Part shown: in pieces, positions 9,841 to 19,931 of the stretch
Numbering within the stretch: the first letter of the stretch is position 1
How the letters are laid out: each line of letters opens with the position of its first letter
NCBI GenBank assembly: GCA_027066435.1
Contig: JAMONX010000121.1
Coordinates: 4,120-68,119, forward strand
Length of the DNA: 64,000 bases
DNA from: Campylobacterales bacterium
GTDB taxonomy: Bacteria > Campylobacterota > Campylobacteria > Campylobacterales > QNZT01
Direction of reading: 5' to 3'
Position numbers and translations under genes: made by a program
The notes under the pieces: generated by a model
Seen by the model: only the letters and a program-made list of their open reading frames with translations
Told to the model about the DNA's origin: nothing
Database searches by the model: none

Positions 9841-11178
9841 ATGAGTGTGCAAAGTGATAAGTTTCAAGACCTGCTAAAATGGGATATCTATAAAAGTAGT
9901 GATAACTTTAAGAGTTATGTTATTGAAAATAGATTAGAAGAGGATGAACAAAGGGTTTTGATAACAGCTTATGGTGAGTTAGAAAAGTATCATAAATCAC
10001 AAGATATAACACTCTCAGATGCATCTGCTATCGATAAAGCTATGGAGATAAAAAATCGATATAGTAAGAGGGAAAAATTTGTGTTAAATATAACTAATGA
10101 AGATTCAAGTACTGAGAGTTCAAATAGAGAGTTTGAAACATTAGAATTTAGAGGAAATACAATGGAGTATTTCAAAATCTGGATTGTAAATATATTTCTT
10201 TCAATTGTTACACTCGGTATCTACTCAGCTTGGGCAAAAGTGAGAACAAATAGATATTTTTATGCTAACACTTTTTATCAAAATTCCTCTTTTGAATATA
10301 CAGCAGATCCTTTAAATATCTTGAAAGGAAGAGCTATTATCGTTGCTTTTTATGGACTTTTTATCTTTTCAGCTCAAGTATTGTTAAATCCTATAATTGC
10401 TGGAGGGATCTTTCTTCTATTTATTTTGGCTCTTCCTTGGTTTATTAACCGTGCAATAAAGTTTAAATTAAAATATGTAAAGCACCGTAGTATAAATTTT
10501 CGTTATGATGAAAATGCACCATCATTTTATAAGTTTTTCTTGTTGCATATGGTGATTAATATAGTTACTATTGGCTTAGCTTATCCATACAGTTTAAACA
10601 AATTTAAAAAACTTCTTATCGATAATAGTAAGTTTGGTAATAGTGAATTTCAGTATGCTGGCGAAACAAAAAATATGTATAAACAATTTTTTAAAGTTTT
10701 AGGTTCTTATATTGGATATATTTTAGCTCCAATGTTCGTACTTGGCTTGGTATCATATTTTTTAATACCACAGGGTATGGGGCTGGCGTCTAATCCTAGT
10801 TTGTTTGTGATACTAGCAGCTGGTGCAGCGATAGCATCTTATATCTTTTTTATCATTGTAGGTTTTGCGATAAAAGGGTTTTATGATGCATATATAACAA
10901 ACTATGTCTGGTCAAATACAACAATAAAAGAGAATAGTTTTCAAAGTACACTAAAGCCATTAGCTCTTGCTTGGATATATATCTCAAATATTTTTGCTAT
11001 CATCTTTTCACTTGGTCTTTTAACTCCATGGGCAAAAATTAGAGTTGCAAAATACAAATGTGAAAACTTTGCAATAGCTGCAACAGATATCTCTAGCTTT
11101 ATAGCAACCCAGCAGGAAAATCAAAGTGCTTTAGGTGAAGAGACAGGAGATTTTTTTGATATAGATATAGGAATATAA
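9841..11178 (+). CDS. DUF898 (YjgN-like) multi-pass membrane protein with a cytoplasmic N-terminal extension
   Basis: DUF898-type motif EYFKIWIVNIFLSIVTLGIYSAWAKVRTNRYFYANT, with a repeat near the C-terminus (LGLLTPWAKIRVAKY). AAGGAG Shine-Dalgarno upstream. Confidence 0.7.
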   Translation: MSVQSDKFQDLLKWDIYKSSDNFKSYVIENRLEEDEQRVLITAYGELEKYHKSQDITLSDASAIDKAMEIKNRYSKREKFVLNITNEDSSTESSNREFETLEFRGNTMEYFKIWIVNIFLSIVTLGIYSAWAKVRTNRYFYANTFYQNSSFEYTADPLNILKGRAIIVAFYGLFIFSAQVLLNPIIAGGIFLLFILALPWFINRAIKFKLKYVKHRSINFRYDENAPSFYKFFLLHMVINIVTIGLAYPYSLNKFKKLLIDNSKFGNSEFQYAGETKNMYKQFFKVLGSYIGYILAPMFVLGLVSYFLIPQGMGLASNPSLFVILAAGAAIASYIFFIIVGFAIKGFYDAYITNYVWSNTTIKENSFQSTLKPLALAWIYISNIFAIIFSLGLLTPWAKIRVAKYKCENFAIAATDISSFIATQQENQSALGEETGDFFDIDIGI

Positions 11179-11179
11179 A

Positions 11180-12169
11180 ATGACAATATTTGCACAATAT
11201 TTTGATGGTAAAACCTCAGATAAAAAAGAGGTAACAGTCAAGTTTTTAGAAAATTATATTGTGCAAGTAGAAGGGGAAGGGGTAAACTTTCAAACTTCTT
11301 TTGATGAGATTACTTTTTCATCAAGAGTAGGGAATATACCTCGTATTCTTACATTTTCTAATGGTAGTGTAGCTCATAGCGATGAAAATGATAAAATAGA
11401 CCTCGTTTTAAAAGAACTAAAAAAGAGTAGCTCTTTGGCTTATATCTTTGAAAGTAAGATGAGGTATGTTATCCTCTGTGTAATATTTCTTTTCTTAAGC
11501 GTTGGATTTTTTCTTACAATTGGTTCTGATATGGCAGCAAAATCTATTGCTAAAATAATTCCCCAATCTATTGAAGATAAAATCTCTCACAGTACTTTAA
11601 AGACATTGGATAAATATCTTTTAGAGCCTAGTACACTCTCACAAGAGAGAAAAGATGAGTTTAACAAACTCTTTGCAAAACTAAATAACAATGACTCAAA
11701 ATATCATCTACATTTTCGCCGAGGCATCGGAGCAAATGCCTTTGCTTTGCCTTCTGGTGATATCGTTTTAACTGATGAACTTGTAGAGATAAGTGATGGT
11801 GATAATGATATGGTTTATGGAGTGTTAGCTCATGAGAGAGGACATGTTGAACATAAACATTCGATGCAATTACTTGTAAAAGCTTCTATTGTAAGTGCGG
11901 TTATCACATATTTTACAGGAGATGTCTCCTCTTTAGTAGCAACACTAAGCACATCTGCTATAAATGCAACTTATTCAAGAGATTTTGAGAGAGAAGCAGA
12001 TGAATATGCAAAGATAAAGATGAATCAAGAGGGTATCTCACCAAAGCATTTAGCGGATTTTTTTATTAAGATGAGTGAAGATGGTGGTGGTGAGTCAAAT
12101 GAAACTAAAAGCTTTTTTGATTCACATCCACCAAGTAAGGAGCGGATTGATTATCTATTGGCTCCTTAG
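11180..12169 (+). CDS. M48-family zinc metallopeptidase, membrane-anchored
   Basis: HExxH (AHERGHVEHKH), downstream EREADEYA, one central TM segment. It starts 1 nt after the DUF898 stop. Confidence 0.8.
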   Translation: MTIFAQYFDGKTSDKKEVTVKFLENYIVQVEGEGVNFQTSFDEITFSSRVGNIPRILTFSNGSVAHSDENDKIDLVLKELKKSSSLAYIFESKMRYVILCVIFLFLSVGFFLTIGSDMAAKSIAKIIPQSIEDKISHSTLKTLDKYLLEPSTLSQERKDEFNKLFAKLNNNDSKYHLHFRRGIGANAFALPSGDIVLTDELVEISDGDNDMVYGVLAHERGHVEHKHSMQLLVKASIVSAVITYFTGDVSSLVATLSTSAINATYSRDFEREADEYAKIKMNQEGISPKHLADFFIKMSEDGGGESNETKSFFDSHPPSKERIDYLLAP

Positions 12170-12235
12170 CCACTCCCCGATTTCTTCATTATTTTCATAT
12201 ATAATTGGTGAAAATAACTAATCAAGGAGTGCACT

Positions 12236-12901
12236 ATGCGAAAAGTAGTAATATTTAGTTCTTTAGCTCTTTTGCTGTTTTCATCTTCTCTTTATGGAGA
12301 TAGATTTGAACACAAACATGTAAAAAAACCTCACCATGTTGTTCATAGTAATACTATACGAAATGAACATCGTTATACTAGACCAAGTATAAGAGGAAAA
12401 CACTATACAAAAAAATCACATCTTCGTAAACCTCACCACTATGTAGCTAATCATCGCCGTCTTGGACATAGGGTAAATCATCTTCATAGAGATGCATTTT
12501 ACTTCTCTCTTAGAGGGCTTGATTATCACTATATGGATGGTGCATTTTATAGACCATATCGTAATGGATATAGAGTTGTAAGAGCCCCTGTTGGAGCATT
12601 TATCTATGATTTACCTCGTGGATTTATTAAGATTTATGTTGGTAGTCACCCATATTATAGATATGAAGATACATATTATGAGGGATATAGAGATGGATAT
12701 CGTGTTGTCGGTGAACCGATAGAGTATGTGCGGGATATTCCACGATATAGATACAATAGAGGAGATGTAGTATCAACTCTTCCAAGAGGTGCAATAGAGG
12801 TTATAATAGATGGTACACACTATTATGAGTTTGGAGATATTTATTTTTCACTCTCTCTTCGTAATGGTATGCGTGTTTATACGGTGGTTAATGTTTTTTA
12901 G
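12236..12901 (+). CDS. Secreted basic His-rich / Tyr-Arg-repeat protein, function unknown
   Basis: Signal peptide MRKVVIFSSLALLLFSSSLYG. His-rich block (KKPHHVVH, RKPHHYVANHRRLGHRVNHLHR). Repeated YR..GYRVV motifs. Confidence 0.5.
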   Translation: MRKVVIFSSLALLLFSSSLYGDRFEHKHVKKPHHVVHSNTIRNEHRYTRPSIRGKHYTKKSHLRKPHHYVANHRRLGHRVNHLHRDAFYFSLRGLDYHYMDGAFYRPYRNGYRVVRAPVGAFIYDLPRGFIKIYVGSHPYYRYEDTYYEGYRDGYRVVGEPIEYVRDIPRYRYNRGDVVSTLPRGAIEVIIDGTHYYEFGDIYFSLSLRNGMRVYTVVNVF

Positions 12902-13471
12902 AAGATCAATATTTGGAAAATTGTTTATCATTTCATCATATGTTTTAAATTTTTCCAATGCTTCTATGACGACCTTTAATGGCTCTGCATAAATTTCTGG
13001 TAAATTAAATTCGCCTTTTTCTAGCTCAAAAGCTAATCTTTCAACAGGCGGATTAAATTTTGCATCTACGCCTTTTTTGTTTCCTCTTGCATCTACTCTA
13101 TACCAACCAAAATCTTTTAGATAAATTGCATTTAACCCATGAAGGCAATAGATATCTTTTTTGTACTCTGAGCAACTTAATCTCTGATAACAAAATCCAG
13201 TAGGGATATGATTGGCTCTTAGCAGAGCGGCCAATAGATGACTTTTTGCATAGCACCAACCAGTTTTGTATCTTAATACTTTACTCGCTTTACATGTAGT
13301 AATATTATCTTTATAGTCTCCAGAGTGGTTGATATTGTCTCTTACATACTCAAAACAGTTTTTTGCTATCTCTTTATCTGTTTTACAGTTAGCTGATAAA
13401 GTCTTAGCTAATTTTTGTATTTCTTGATTTGAGTAGTCAATGATTTCTGTCTCTTTTAAAAAAGTTGTCAT
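12848..13471 (-). CDS. Transglutaminase-like cysteine peptidase superfamily protein
   Basis: Core GWCYAKSHLLAALLRANHIPTGFCY (Cys), HGLNAIYL (His) and WYRVDARGN (Asp). Its 3' end overlaps the convergent ORF by 54 nt. Confidence 0.7.
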   Translation of the reverse strand: MTTFLKETEIIDYSNQEIQKLAKTLSANCKTDKEIAKNCFEYVRDNINHSGDYKDNITTCKASKVLRYKTGWCYAKSHLLAALLRANHIPTGFCYQRLSCSEYKKDIYCLHGLNAIYLKDFGWYRVDARGNKKGVDAKFNPPVERLAFELEKGEFNLPEIYAEPLKVVIEALEKFKTYDEMINNFPNIDLLKNINHRINTHTITKRE

Positions 13472-13485
13472 TTTATGATTATATC

Positions 13486-14808
13486 CTAAACCTTAATTTT
13501 TTTCCACTCTCCCTTATCAAAAGCTCTCCAAAGGAAAAATGCTTTTACAAATGTATCGCTTATCATCGCAAGATAGATTAAAAGTACAGATTCAAAATAG
13601 TATGCAAGTAAAAATGCAGGGATAATTCGCACTAGCCAAAGCGATGTTAGATTGATTTTGAGTGTTCTTTTTGTATCTCCTGCACCTCTTAAAGCTCCAC
13701 TTAAAACAAAATTGAAAGCTAGAGGGATTTGTGAAAAGCCAACGATTTGTAGATACAAACTAGCCTCTTTTATGGTTTGTGGGTCGTTGGTAAAAAGCCA
13801 TACAATAGGTTCAGGGGTAAATATCATAAAAAGTCCAAGTACAAACATAAAACTTGTTGTATATTTAAGAACCAGCATCACATCATCCCTTGCAAGGTCT
13901 GGATTTTTAGCTCCTAGTCCTTGTCCCATTAATGTCATAGCAGCTATGGTAAAGCCAATTCCTGGCATAAATGCTAAGCCTTCTATTCGTAGTCCTATTT
14001 GATATCCAGCTAAAGTTTCGGTTCCAAAGTGTGCGATGATAACAGTAAAAAGCATAAATGAACCAAAAGTAAGAGTTCTCTCAAATGATGCAGGGATGCC
14101 AACTTTTAAAGCTCTTGATACTATACTTTTTGAGTAATACCACATCGGTATAAAAGGAGTTTTTTTAGATATATATAAAAAGATATATACTAAAAGTTCC
14201 AATATATTTACGATGACAGTTGCAATCGCAGCCCCTTCAACCCCTAACATTGGAAATCCTAAATTTCCATAAATCAGAATCCAATTTAAAAATATATTTA
14301 TAAAAATCGATACAAGTTTGATATAAAAAGGTGTTTTAGTGTCTCCAGCTGAATTTAGTGCGGTTACAAAAACCATTTTGACAAATATAAACGGTAACAT
14401 AATTGTTAGCATCGTAACATATGAACTACCTAGTTCTATCACTTCAATTGCCGTACCAAACCAAACAAAAACCATAGGGGATAAAAGATACCAAAGAAGA
14501 GTTACAGGAATACTAAGATAAAAAGCAAATCTTATAAGCGAACTAAGCCCCAAAGATGCTCTTTTCATTCGTCTAGCTCCCACAAAACGAGATAAAATAG
14601 CACTTGTACCCACATGAAGAAGTGTCAATATCGCAAAAACAAACATCAAACTTTGAAGTCCCAAGCCAACAGCGGCGATTGCAAAGGCAGATATACGACC
14701 TACCATAATCAAATCAGTTATAATTTGTAGCATATCAAGAAGAGAATTTAGAGCGGCAGGAACGGCGAGAGAGAGGATTTTTTTGTGTTTTGTGTTAAAT
14801 ATTGTCAT
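13486..14808 (-). CDS. MATE family efflux transporter
   Basis: About 12 TM helices. MATE-like N-terminus LSLAVPAALNSLLDMLQIITDLIMVGR and internal repeat ALKVGIPASFE. Confidence 0.8.
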   Translation of the reverse strand: MTIFNTKHKKILSLAVPAALNSLLDMLQIITDLIMVGRISAFAIAAVGLGLQSLMFVFAILTLLHVGTSAILSRFVGARRMKRASLGLSSLIRFAFYLSIPVTLLWYLLSPMVFVWFGTAIEVIELGSSYVTMLTIMLPFIFVKMVFVTALNSAGDTKTPFYIKLVSIFINIFLNWILIYGNLGFPMLGVEGAAIATVIVNILELLVYIFLYISKKTPFIPMWYYSKSIVSRALKVGIPASFERTLTFGSFMLFTVIIAHFGTETLAGYQIGLRIEGLAFMPGIGFTIAAMTLMGQGLGAKNPDLARDDVMLVLKYTTSFMFVLGLFMIFTPEPIVWLFTNDPQTIKEASLYLQIVGFSQIPLAFNFVLSGALRGAGDTKRTLKINLTSLWLVRIIPAFLLAYYFESVLLIYLAMISDTFVKAFFLWRAFDKGEWKKIKV

Positions 14809-14856
14809 GTTTTGGTATTATGCCCAAAACTAAATGTAAAAAGGTAAAAAGTTAGA

Positions 14857-15414
14857 ATGAGTGTAAAAGAAGAGTTATTAAAAAGATCTGGTTCAAAGTG
14901 TGAGCTTTGTGGGAAAGATAGTGATTTAAATGTATATGAAGTAGAGCCAAGTGATGGAAGTTGTGAACAATCTATTTTGCTTTGTAATACTTGCCAAGAA
15001 CAGATTGAAGATAGTTCAAAAATAGATGAAAAACATTGGAATTGTTTAAATGATAGTATGTGGAGTGAGGTACCAGCTGTGCAAGTGATGGCATATAGGA
15101 TGCTAAAAAAGATGCAAAAACAAGATTTGCTTGATATGCTCTATCTTGAAGATGATGTTAAGAAGTGGGCAGACGCAGCTAAGAGTGATGGTGATGAAAA
15201 ACAATTTTCAACAGTAGACTTAAATGGTGCAAAACTCCAAGCTGGTGATACTGTAACTATCATCAAAGATTTAGAAGTAAAAGGTGCAGGATTTACTGCT
15301 AAAAGAGGAACAGCTGTAAGAAATATCGCTCTTACAGATAATCCAGAGCAGATTGAAGGCCGAGTAAATGGCACTCGTATTGTACTTCTTACTAAATTTT
15401 TGAAGAAAGCTTAA
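14857..15414 (+). CDS. phnA: PhnA family zinc-ribbon protein
   Basis: N-terminal CELCG...CNTC zinc ribbon. Conserved C-terminal domain [30 protein letters not shown]...[17 protein letters not shown]. Confidence 0.8.
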   Translation: MSVKEELLKRSGSKCELCGKDSDLNVYEVEPSDGSCEQSILLCNTCQEQIEDSSKIDEKHWNCLNDSMWSEVPAVQVMAYRMLKKMQKQDLLDMLYLEDDVKKWADAAKSDGDEKQFSTVDLNGAKLQAGDTVTIIKDLEVKGAGFTAKRGTAVRNIALTDNPEQIEGRVNGTRIVLLTKFLKKA

Positions 15415-15415
15415 A

Positions 15416-16675
15416 ATGTCATTTAAAACACTTGGACTATCAGACAAACTTCTTAAAGCCATATCAGATGAGGGGTATAACAAACCAACTCCAATTCAAA
15501 AACAAGCCATTCCAATAATCCTTCAAAAAAGAGATGTTTTAGCAGGAGCTCAAACAGGAACTGGAAAAACAGCAGGATTTACTCTGCCCTTGCTTCAGAT
15601 GCTAGATGATGGACCACCTCCCAAAGGAAAACGACAAGTAAGAGCATTGATACTTACTCCAACAAGAGAATTAGCTGCACAAGTTGCCCAAAGTGTAGAA
15701 ACTTATGGGAAATATCTTCCATTTAAATCTACTGTAATTTTTGGAGGAGTTGGGGTAAATCCTCAGATATCTACTCTTAGAAAAGGGGTTGATATAGTCA
15801 TAGCGACTCCTGGAAGATTGCTAGACCTGATAGAGCAAAAAGCTCTTAATCTTTCACAAGTTGAGTGTTTGATTTTGGATGAAGCGGATAGGATGCTTGA
15901 TATGGGGTTTATCAGAGATATCAGAAAGATACTTGCATTTTTACCTAAAAGAAGACAAAACTTACTATTTTCTGCGACGTTTTCAAAAGAGATTAAAAAG
16001 TTAGCAGACACTCTTTTAAATAATCCAGCTCTCATTGAGGTAGCAAGGGCAAACAAAACAGCAGAACAAATCAAACAAATTGTCTACCCCGTCGATAAAA
16101 AACGAAAAAGAGAGCTTATCTCTTATCTCATCGGCTCAAATAATTGGAAACAAGTTTTAGTTTTCACAAGAACAAAACATGGTGCAAATCGTCTATGTGA
16201 ACAACTAGGAAAAGATGGACTAAGCTCCGCTGCAATTCACGGTAACAAAAGCCAAGGAGCAAGAACAAGAGCATTGGCTAATTTTAAAGAAGGTTCAGTA
16301 AGAGTTTTAGTAGCAACTGATATCGCAGCAAGAGGTATAGATATCGAAGAGTTACCTCATGTGATAAATTTTGAGTTACCAAATGTTGCTGAAGATTATG
16401 TACATCGAATCGGGAGAACAGGACGAGCTGGAAGTATTGGAGAAGCTATATCTTTAGTTTGTATAGATGAAGATGAACTTTTACAAAATATTGAAAAACT
16501 TACAAAGTATAAAATTCCAAAAGTAAAAATTAAGGGGTTTGAGCCAGATAAAACAATAAAAGCAGAGCCGATTCAAAAACAAGGTGGACGTTCTCGTAAA
16601 GGTGGTGGTCAAAGTAGTAGAGAACATAAGCCTCAAAGAAGACAAAGTTCTAATACATCAAGGAGGCGAAGTTAG
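15416..16675 (+). CDS. rhlE: DEAD-box ATP-dependent RNA helicase
   Basis: Q-motif [30 protein letters not shown], and a basic C-terminal tail. Confidence 0.9.
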   Translation: MSFKTLGLSDKLLKAISDEGYNKPTPIQKQAIPIILQKRDVLAGAQTGTGKTAGFTLPLLQMLDDGPPPKGKRQVRALILTPTRELAAQVAQSVETYGKYLPFKSTVIFGGVGVNPQISTLRKGVDIVIATPGRLLDLIEQKALNLSQVECLILDEADRMLDMGFIRDIRKILAFLPKRRQNLLFSATFSKEIKKLADTLLNNPALIEVARANKTAEQIKQIVYPVDKKRKRELISYLIGSNNWKQVLVFTRTKHGANRLCEQLGKDGLSSAAIHGNKSQGARTRALANFKEGSVRVLVATDIAARGIDIEELPHVINFELPNVAEDYVHRIGRTGRAGSIGEAISLVCIDEDELLQNIEKLTKYKIPKVKIKGFEPDKTIKAEPIQKQGGRSRKGGGQSSREHKPQRRQSSNTSRRRS

Positions 16676-16683
16676 AATTTGAC

Positions 16684-16710
16684 TTGACAATTATAAAAAA
16701 AGATTATAAT
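16684..16710 (+). promoter_or_regulatory. Sigma70-like promoter candidate for the multiheme cytochrome gene
   Basis: TTGACA (16684-16689), 15-nt spacer, TATAAT (16705-16710), about 30 nt upstream of the ATG at 16739. The spacer is shorter than optimal. Confidence 0.35.
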
Positions 16711-16738
16711 ATAACGCAATATATAGTTAAGGGAATAC

Positions 16739-17785
16739 ATGAAATATCTATTAATTGTGATAGTAGTCATTACTATTTTTACTACAGAAGGTAAAGCTAA
16801 AGTAGCTTATAAGCATACAATGCAAGATTCTCAAGACTGTAAAAAATGCCATGATATGGCAAAGAATAAAAAATATATTCATATGCCAGTTAGAGTTAAC
16901 TCTTGCTCTTCTTGTCATAATGTTTTTGTTAAAACGAAAAAATTACTTAGAATGACAGATATAGTTAAAAAGTGCGTGATGTGTCATCCCAAAAAGCGTA
17001 CTTTAATCGAAAAAGGTAAAAATATTCATCCTCCTGTGAAGAGAGATTGTACAAATTGCCATGATCCACACGCTGGGAATAGAAAGTTTAGATTAAAAGC
17101 TGATAAGAGAAAAAATCTTTGTCTGATGTGTCATACAAAAAAGAAAAAATGGTTAAAAAATGCAACTGCAAAACATGGTGCGATATATCGAAAAAATGGT
17201 GGATGCATAGCTTGTCATGATCCTCACAGCACAGGCAGAAAGAAGATGCTAAAAAAGAGTGTAAATAAGCTTTGTCTCTCTTGTCATAACAAAACACTTA
17301 AAAGAGATGAAGATGGGGTAAAGCTTTTAAATATTGCTAAACATTTAAGAGATAACAAAAAATGGCATAAACCAATAAAATCAGGAAATTGTGTTAGTTG
17401 TCACAATCCTCACGGTTCTAAAAATCATAGAATGCTTCATGAGCCGTTTCCAACAAAAAGTGTTGTAAAATTTGATCCAAAAAAATATATCTGTTTTAAA
17501 TGTCACGAGAGTACAAAAATTACAGAAAAATCAACCACAACTGATACAAACTTTAGAAGAGATAAGAAAAATCTTCACACGATACATGTACAAAAATTCT
17601 CAATTGCTTGTGGCACTTGTCATGATTTTCATGCATCTAAAAAGGGTGTGCCTCTCATCAAGGAAAAAACAACTTATAGTGGCACAGAGTTTAAACTCAG
17701 ATATATAAAAACACCAAATGGAGGTTCATGTAATCCAATTTGCCATAATAAGAGAGAGTATAATAATAGGTTTCAACCAAAATAG
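16739..17785 (+). CDS. Periplasmic multiheme c-type cytochrome (10 CxxCH plus one CxxxCH)
   Basis: Signal peptide. Heme motifs: CKKCH, CSSCH, CVMCH, CTNCH, CLMCH, CIACH, CLSCH, CVSCH, CFKCH, CGTCH, plus C-terminal CNPICH. Recurrent C..CH.PH pattern; very Lys-rich. Confidence 0.85.
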   Translation: MKYLLIVIVVITIFTTEGKAKVAYKHTMQDSQDCKKCHDMAKNKKYIHMPVRVNSCSSCHNVFVKTKKLLRMTDIVKKCVMCHPKKRTLIEKGKNIHPPVKRDCTNCHDPHAGNRKFRLKADKRKNLCLMCHTKKKKWLKNATAKHGAIYRKNGGCIACHDPHSTGRKKMLKKSVNKLCLSCHNKTLKRDEDGVKLLNIAKHLRDNKKWHKPIKSGNCVSCHNPHGSKNHRMLHEPFPTKSVVKFDPKKYICFKCHESTKITEKSTTTDTNFRRDKKNLHTIHVQKFSIACGTCHDFHASKKGVPLIKEKTTYSGTEFKLRYIKTPNGGSCNPICHNKREYNNRFQPK

Positions 17786-17792
17786 ATAACAA

Positions 17793-18158
17793 TTAAAAAT
17801 TGTTGTCTAATCCATTGTCGATAGGACCCATATCAAGATAGCCTTCTGGACCATTATGGCAATCATAACAACTAACTTCGTCATTTATTTTGTATTCTAC
17901 GAAACCATCTCTATGTCTAAATGTTATTGGTGTTTTGATTCTTGAAAGGATGCTCCCACCATAGTCATCACCATGACAATGTCTGCATCCAGCTTCTCTA
18001 TAGTCATCTCTTACGAACCACCAATGACCATCAACCCACTTTTGACCAATAGTATGTTGTTCGCCATAAGTATAATTTATATCAGCAGGAGCTGTTGTAG
18101 TTGTTCCACAACCTAAAAATATAAAAGGGATAAAAAATATAAATATTAAGTTTTTCAT
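17793..18158 (-). CDS. Small diheme c-type cytochrome lipoprotein
   Basis: Lipobox IFLGC. Heme motifs CRHCH and CYDCH. Convergent with the multiheme gene, 7 nt apart. Confidence 0.7.
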   Translation of the reverse strand: MKNLIFIFFIPFIFLGCGTTTTAPADINYTYGEQHTIGQKWVDGHWWFVRDDYREAGCRHCHGDDYGGSILSRIKTPITFRHRDGFVEYKINDEVSCYDCHNGPEGYLDMGPIDNGLDNNF

Positions 18159-18228
18159 AAACCATTCTCCAAAGTCTTTTTATAAGAACATTTTACCAAA
18201 AAACTTTAATTTTTGCTATAATGCCCGC

Positions 18229-19887
18229 ATGATAGAGCAAGAATCGATAGAAAATCTCAAAAATAGGCTTGATGTTGTTGATGTTGTTGGCGGATATGTA
18301 GAGCTTAGAAAAGCTGGTGCAAATTTTAAGGCAAATTGTCCTTTTCATGGGGAAAATACACCATCATTTGTAGTTAGTCCTGCCAAGCAGATTTATCACT
18401 GTTTTGGATGTGGGGTTGGTGGAGATGCTATAAAATTTGTTATGGAGTATGAGAAGTTAAATTATCCAGAAGCTATCGAAAAACTTGCAAGTAGTTATAA
18501 TGTTCATCTGAGATATACAAAAGATGATAGAGAAGGAGATAGATATGATAAAAAGATTATTGAAAATCTAAATCTATTTTTTAGGAAAAACTTTAATTAT
18601 AACGAAGGTGCAAAAGCATATTTGAAAGAGAGAGGGATTTATGAATCAACTATCGAAAAGTTTGAGATAGGATATGCCCCTGAATCTTTTAAGACTTTAG
18701 ATCAGATGCGAAAAGAGTCCGTAAGTTTCACTGAATCAAAAGATTTGGGTCTTGTTGCGGTTGGAGAAAATGGAAAACCATATGCTAGATTTTCTCAAAG
18801 AATCACCTTTCCTATATTTACTCCAAATGGAAAAATTGTAGGCTTTGGAGGAAGAACTATCACAGAACACCCTGCAAAGTATATAAATTCACCTCAAAGC
18901 AAAGTTTTTGACAAATCAAAACTTCTTTATGGTTATCACAAAGCCAAAACAACGATATATCAAAAAGGTGAAGTGATAGTTACAGAAGGATATCTTGATG
19001 TTATTATGCTTCATCAAGCTGGATTTACAAATGCCGTAGCATCTTTGGGTACGGCTCTTACAACCTATCATATACCGATACTAGCTCGTGGGAATCCCAA
19101 AGTTATACTTGCATATGATGGTGACAAAGCGGGAAAAGAGGCTGCTTTTAAAGCAAGTTGCTTATTAAGTGCAAAAGGCATAAGTGGAGGAGTTGTTATA
19201 TTTGCATCTGGTTTAGACCCTGCTGATATGGTAAAAAATCATCAAAGCGAAGAGTTAAACAGACTTTTTCATAACCCTAAACCTTTGATTGAGTATGCTC
19301 TTGAGTATATTATCTCTAAATATGAGGTTAAAGATCCTATCCAAAAAGAGGAAGCACTAAAAGATGCAATAAACTATCTTCAAACACTTTCAGCAGTTTT
19401 GCAAGAGGAGTATAAAATATATTTAGGAGCAATTTTAGGAGTAGATGCTAGATTTATAGGGATAAACAGACAACATCCGTTGGACTCTACACCAGATGCA
19501 TCCAGACAAAAAGAGGAGATATCAGAACTTATCATGATAAAGACTTTTCTCTCAAAACCTCATATGATAGATACACTTTTAGATACAGTTGGAGAGGATA
19601 TCTTTCAAAGACATAGAAGAGAATTTTCACTGCTCTTAAGCGAACAGCTTAATGACCCTTTGCTTATTGGTATCAAGATAAGAGATGATTTAAGAGAGCT
19701 TAGTGATGATGAACTTAAAAATCAACTTCGAGTTTTTTTAATCAGACACAATAAAGAGGAGCTTGTAAAAGTAAGACAAAAAAGAGATATTTCTTTTGAG
19801 AAAAAGAGTTTTTACCTTCGAAAGATTAAAGAGAGTATTCAACAATTAGAGAGGGGGAATTTAGTTCCTTATGAAGTCTATAAATAA
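18229..19887 (+). CDS. dnaG: DNA primase
   Basis: Zinc ribbon CPFHGENTPSF...CFGCG. TOPRIM region VTEGYLDV ... AYDGDKAGKEAA. Confidence 0.9.
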   Translation: MIEQESIENLKNRLDVVDVVGGYVELRKAGANFKANCPFHGENTPSFVVSPAKQIYHCFGCGVGGDAIKFVMEYEKLNYPEAIEKLASSYNVHLRYTKDDREGDRYDKKIIENLNLFFRKNFNYNEGAKAYLKERGIYESTIEKFEIGYAPESFKTLDQMRKESVSFTESKDLGLVAVGENGKPYARFSQRITFPIFTPNGKIVGFGGRTITEHPAKYINSPQSKVFDKSKLLYGYHKAKTTIYQKGEVIVTEGYLDVIMLHQAGFTNAVASLGTALTTYHIPILARGNPKVILAYDGDKAGKEAAFKASCLLSAKGISGGVVIFASGLDPADMVKNHQSEELNRLFHNPKPLIEYALEYIISKYEVKDPIQKEEALKDAINYLQTLSAVLQEEYKIYLGAILGVDARFIGINRQHPLDSTPDASRQKEEISELIMIKTFLSKPHMIDTLLDTVGEDIFQRHRREFSLLLSEQLNDPLLIGIKIRDDLRELSDDELKNQLRVFLIRHNKEELVKVRQKRDISFEKKSFYLRKIKESIQQLERGNLVPYEVYK

Positions 19888-19931
19888 AAAAAGCTAAAAT
19901 AGTAAAAATTTTAAAAACGAGGGAAACAAAG

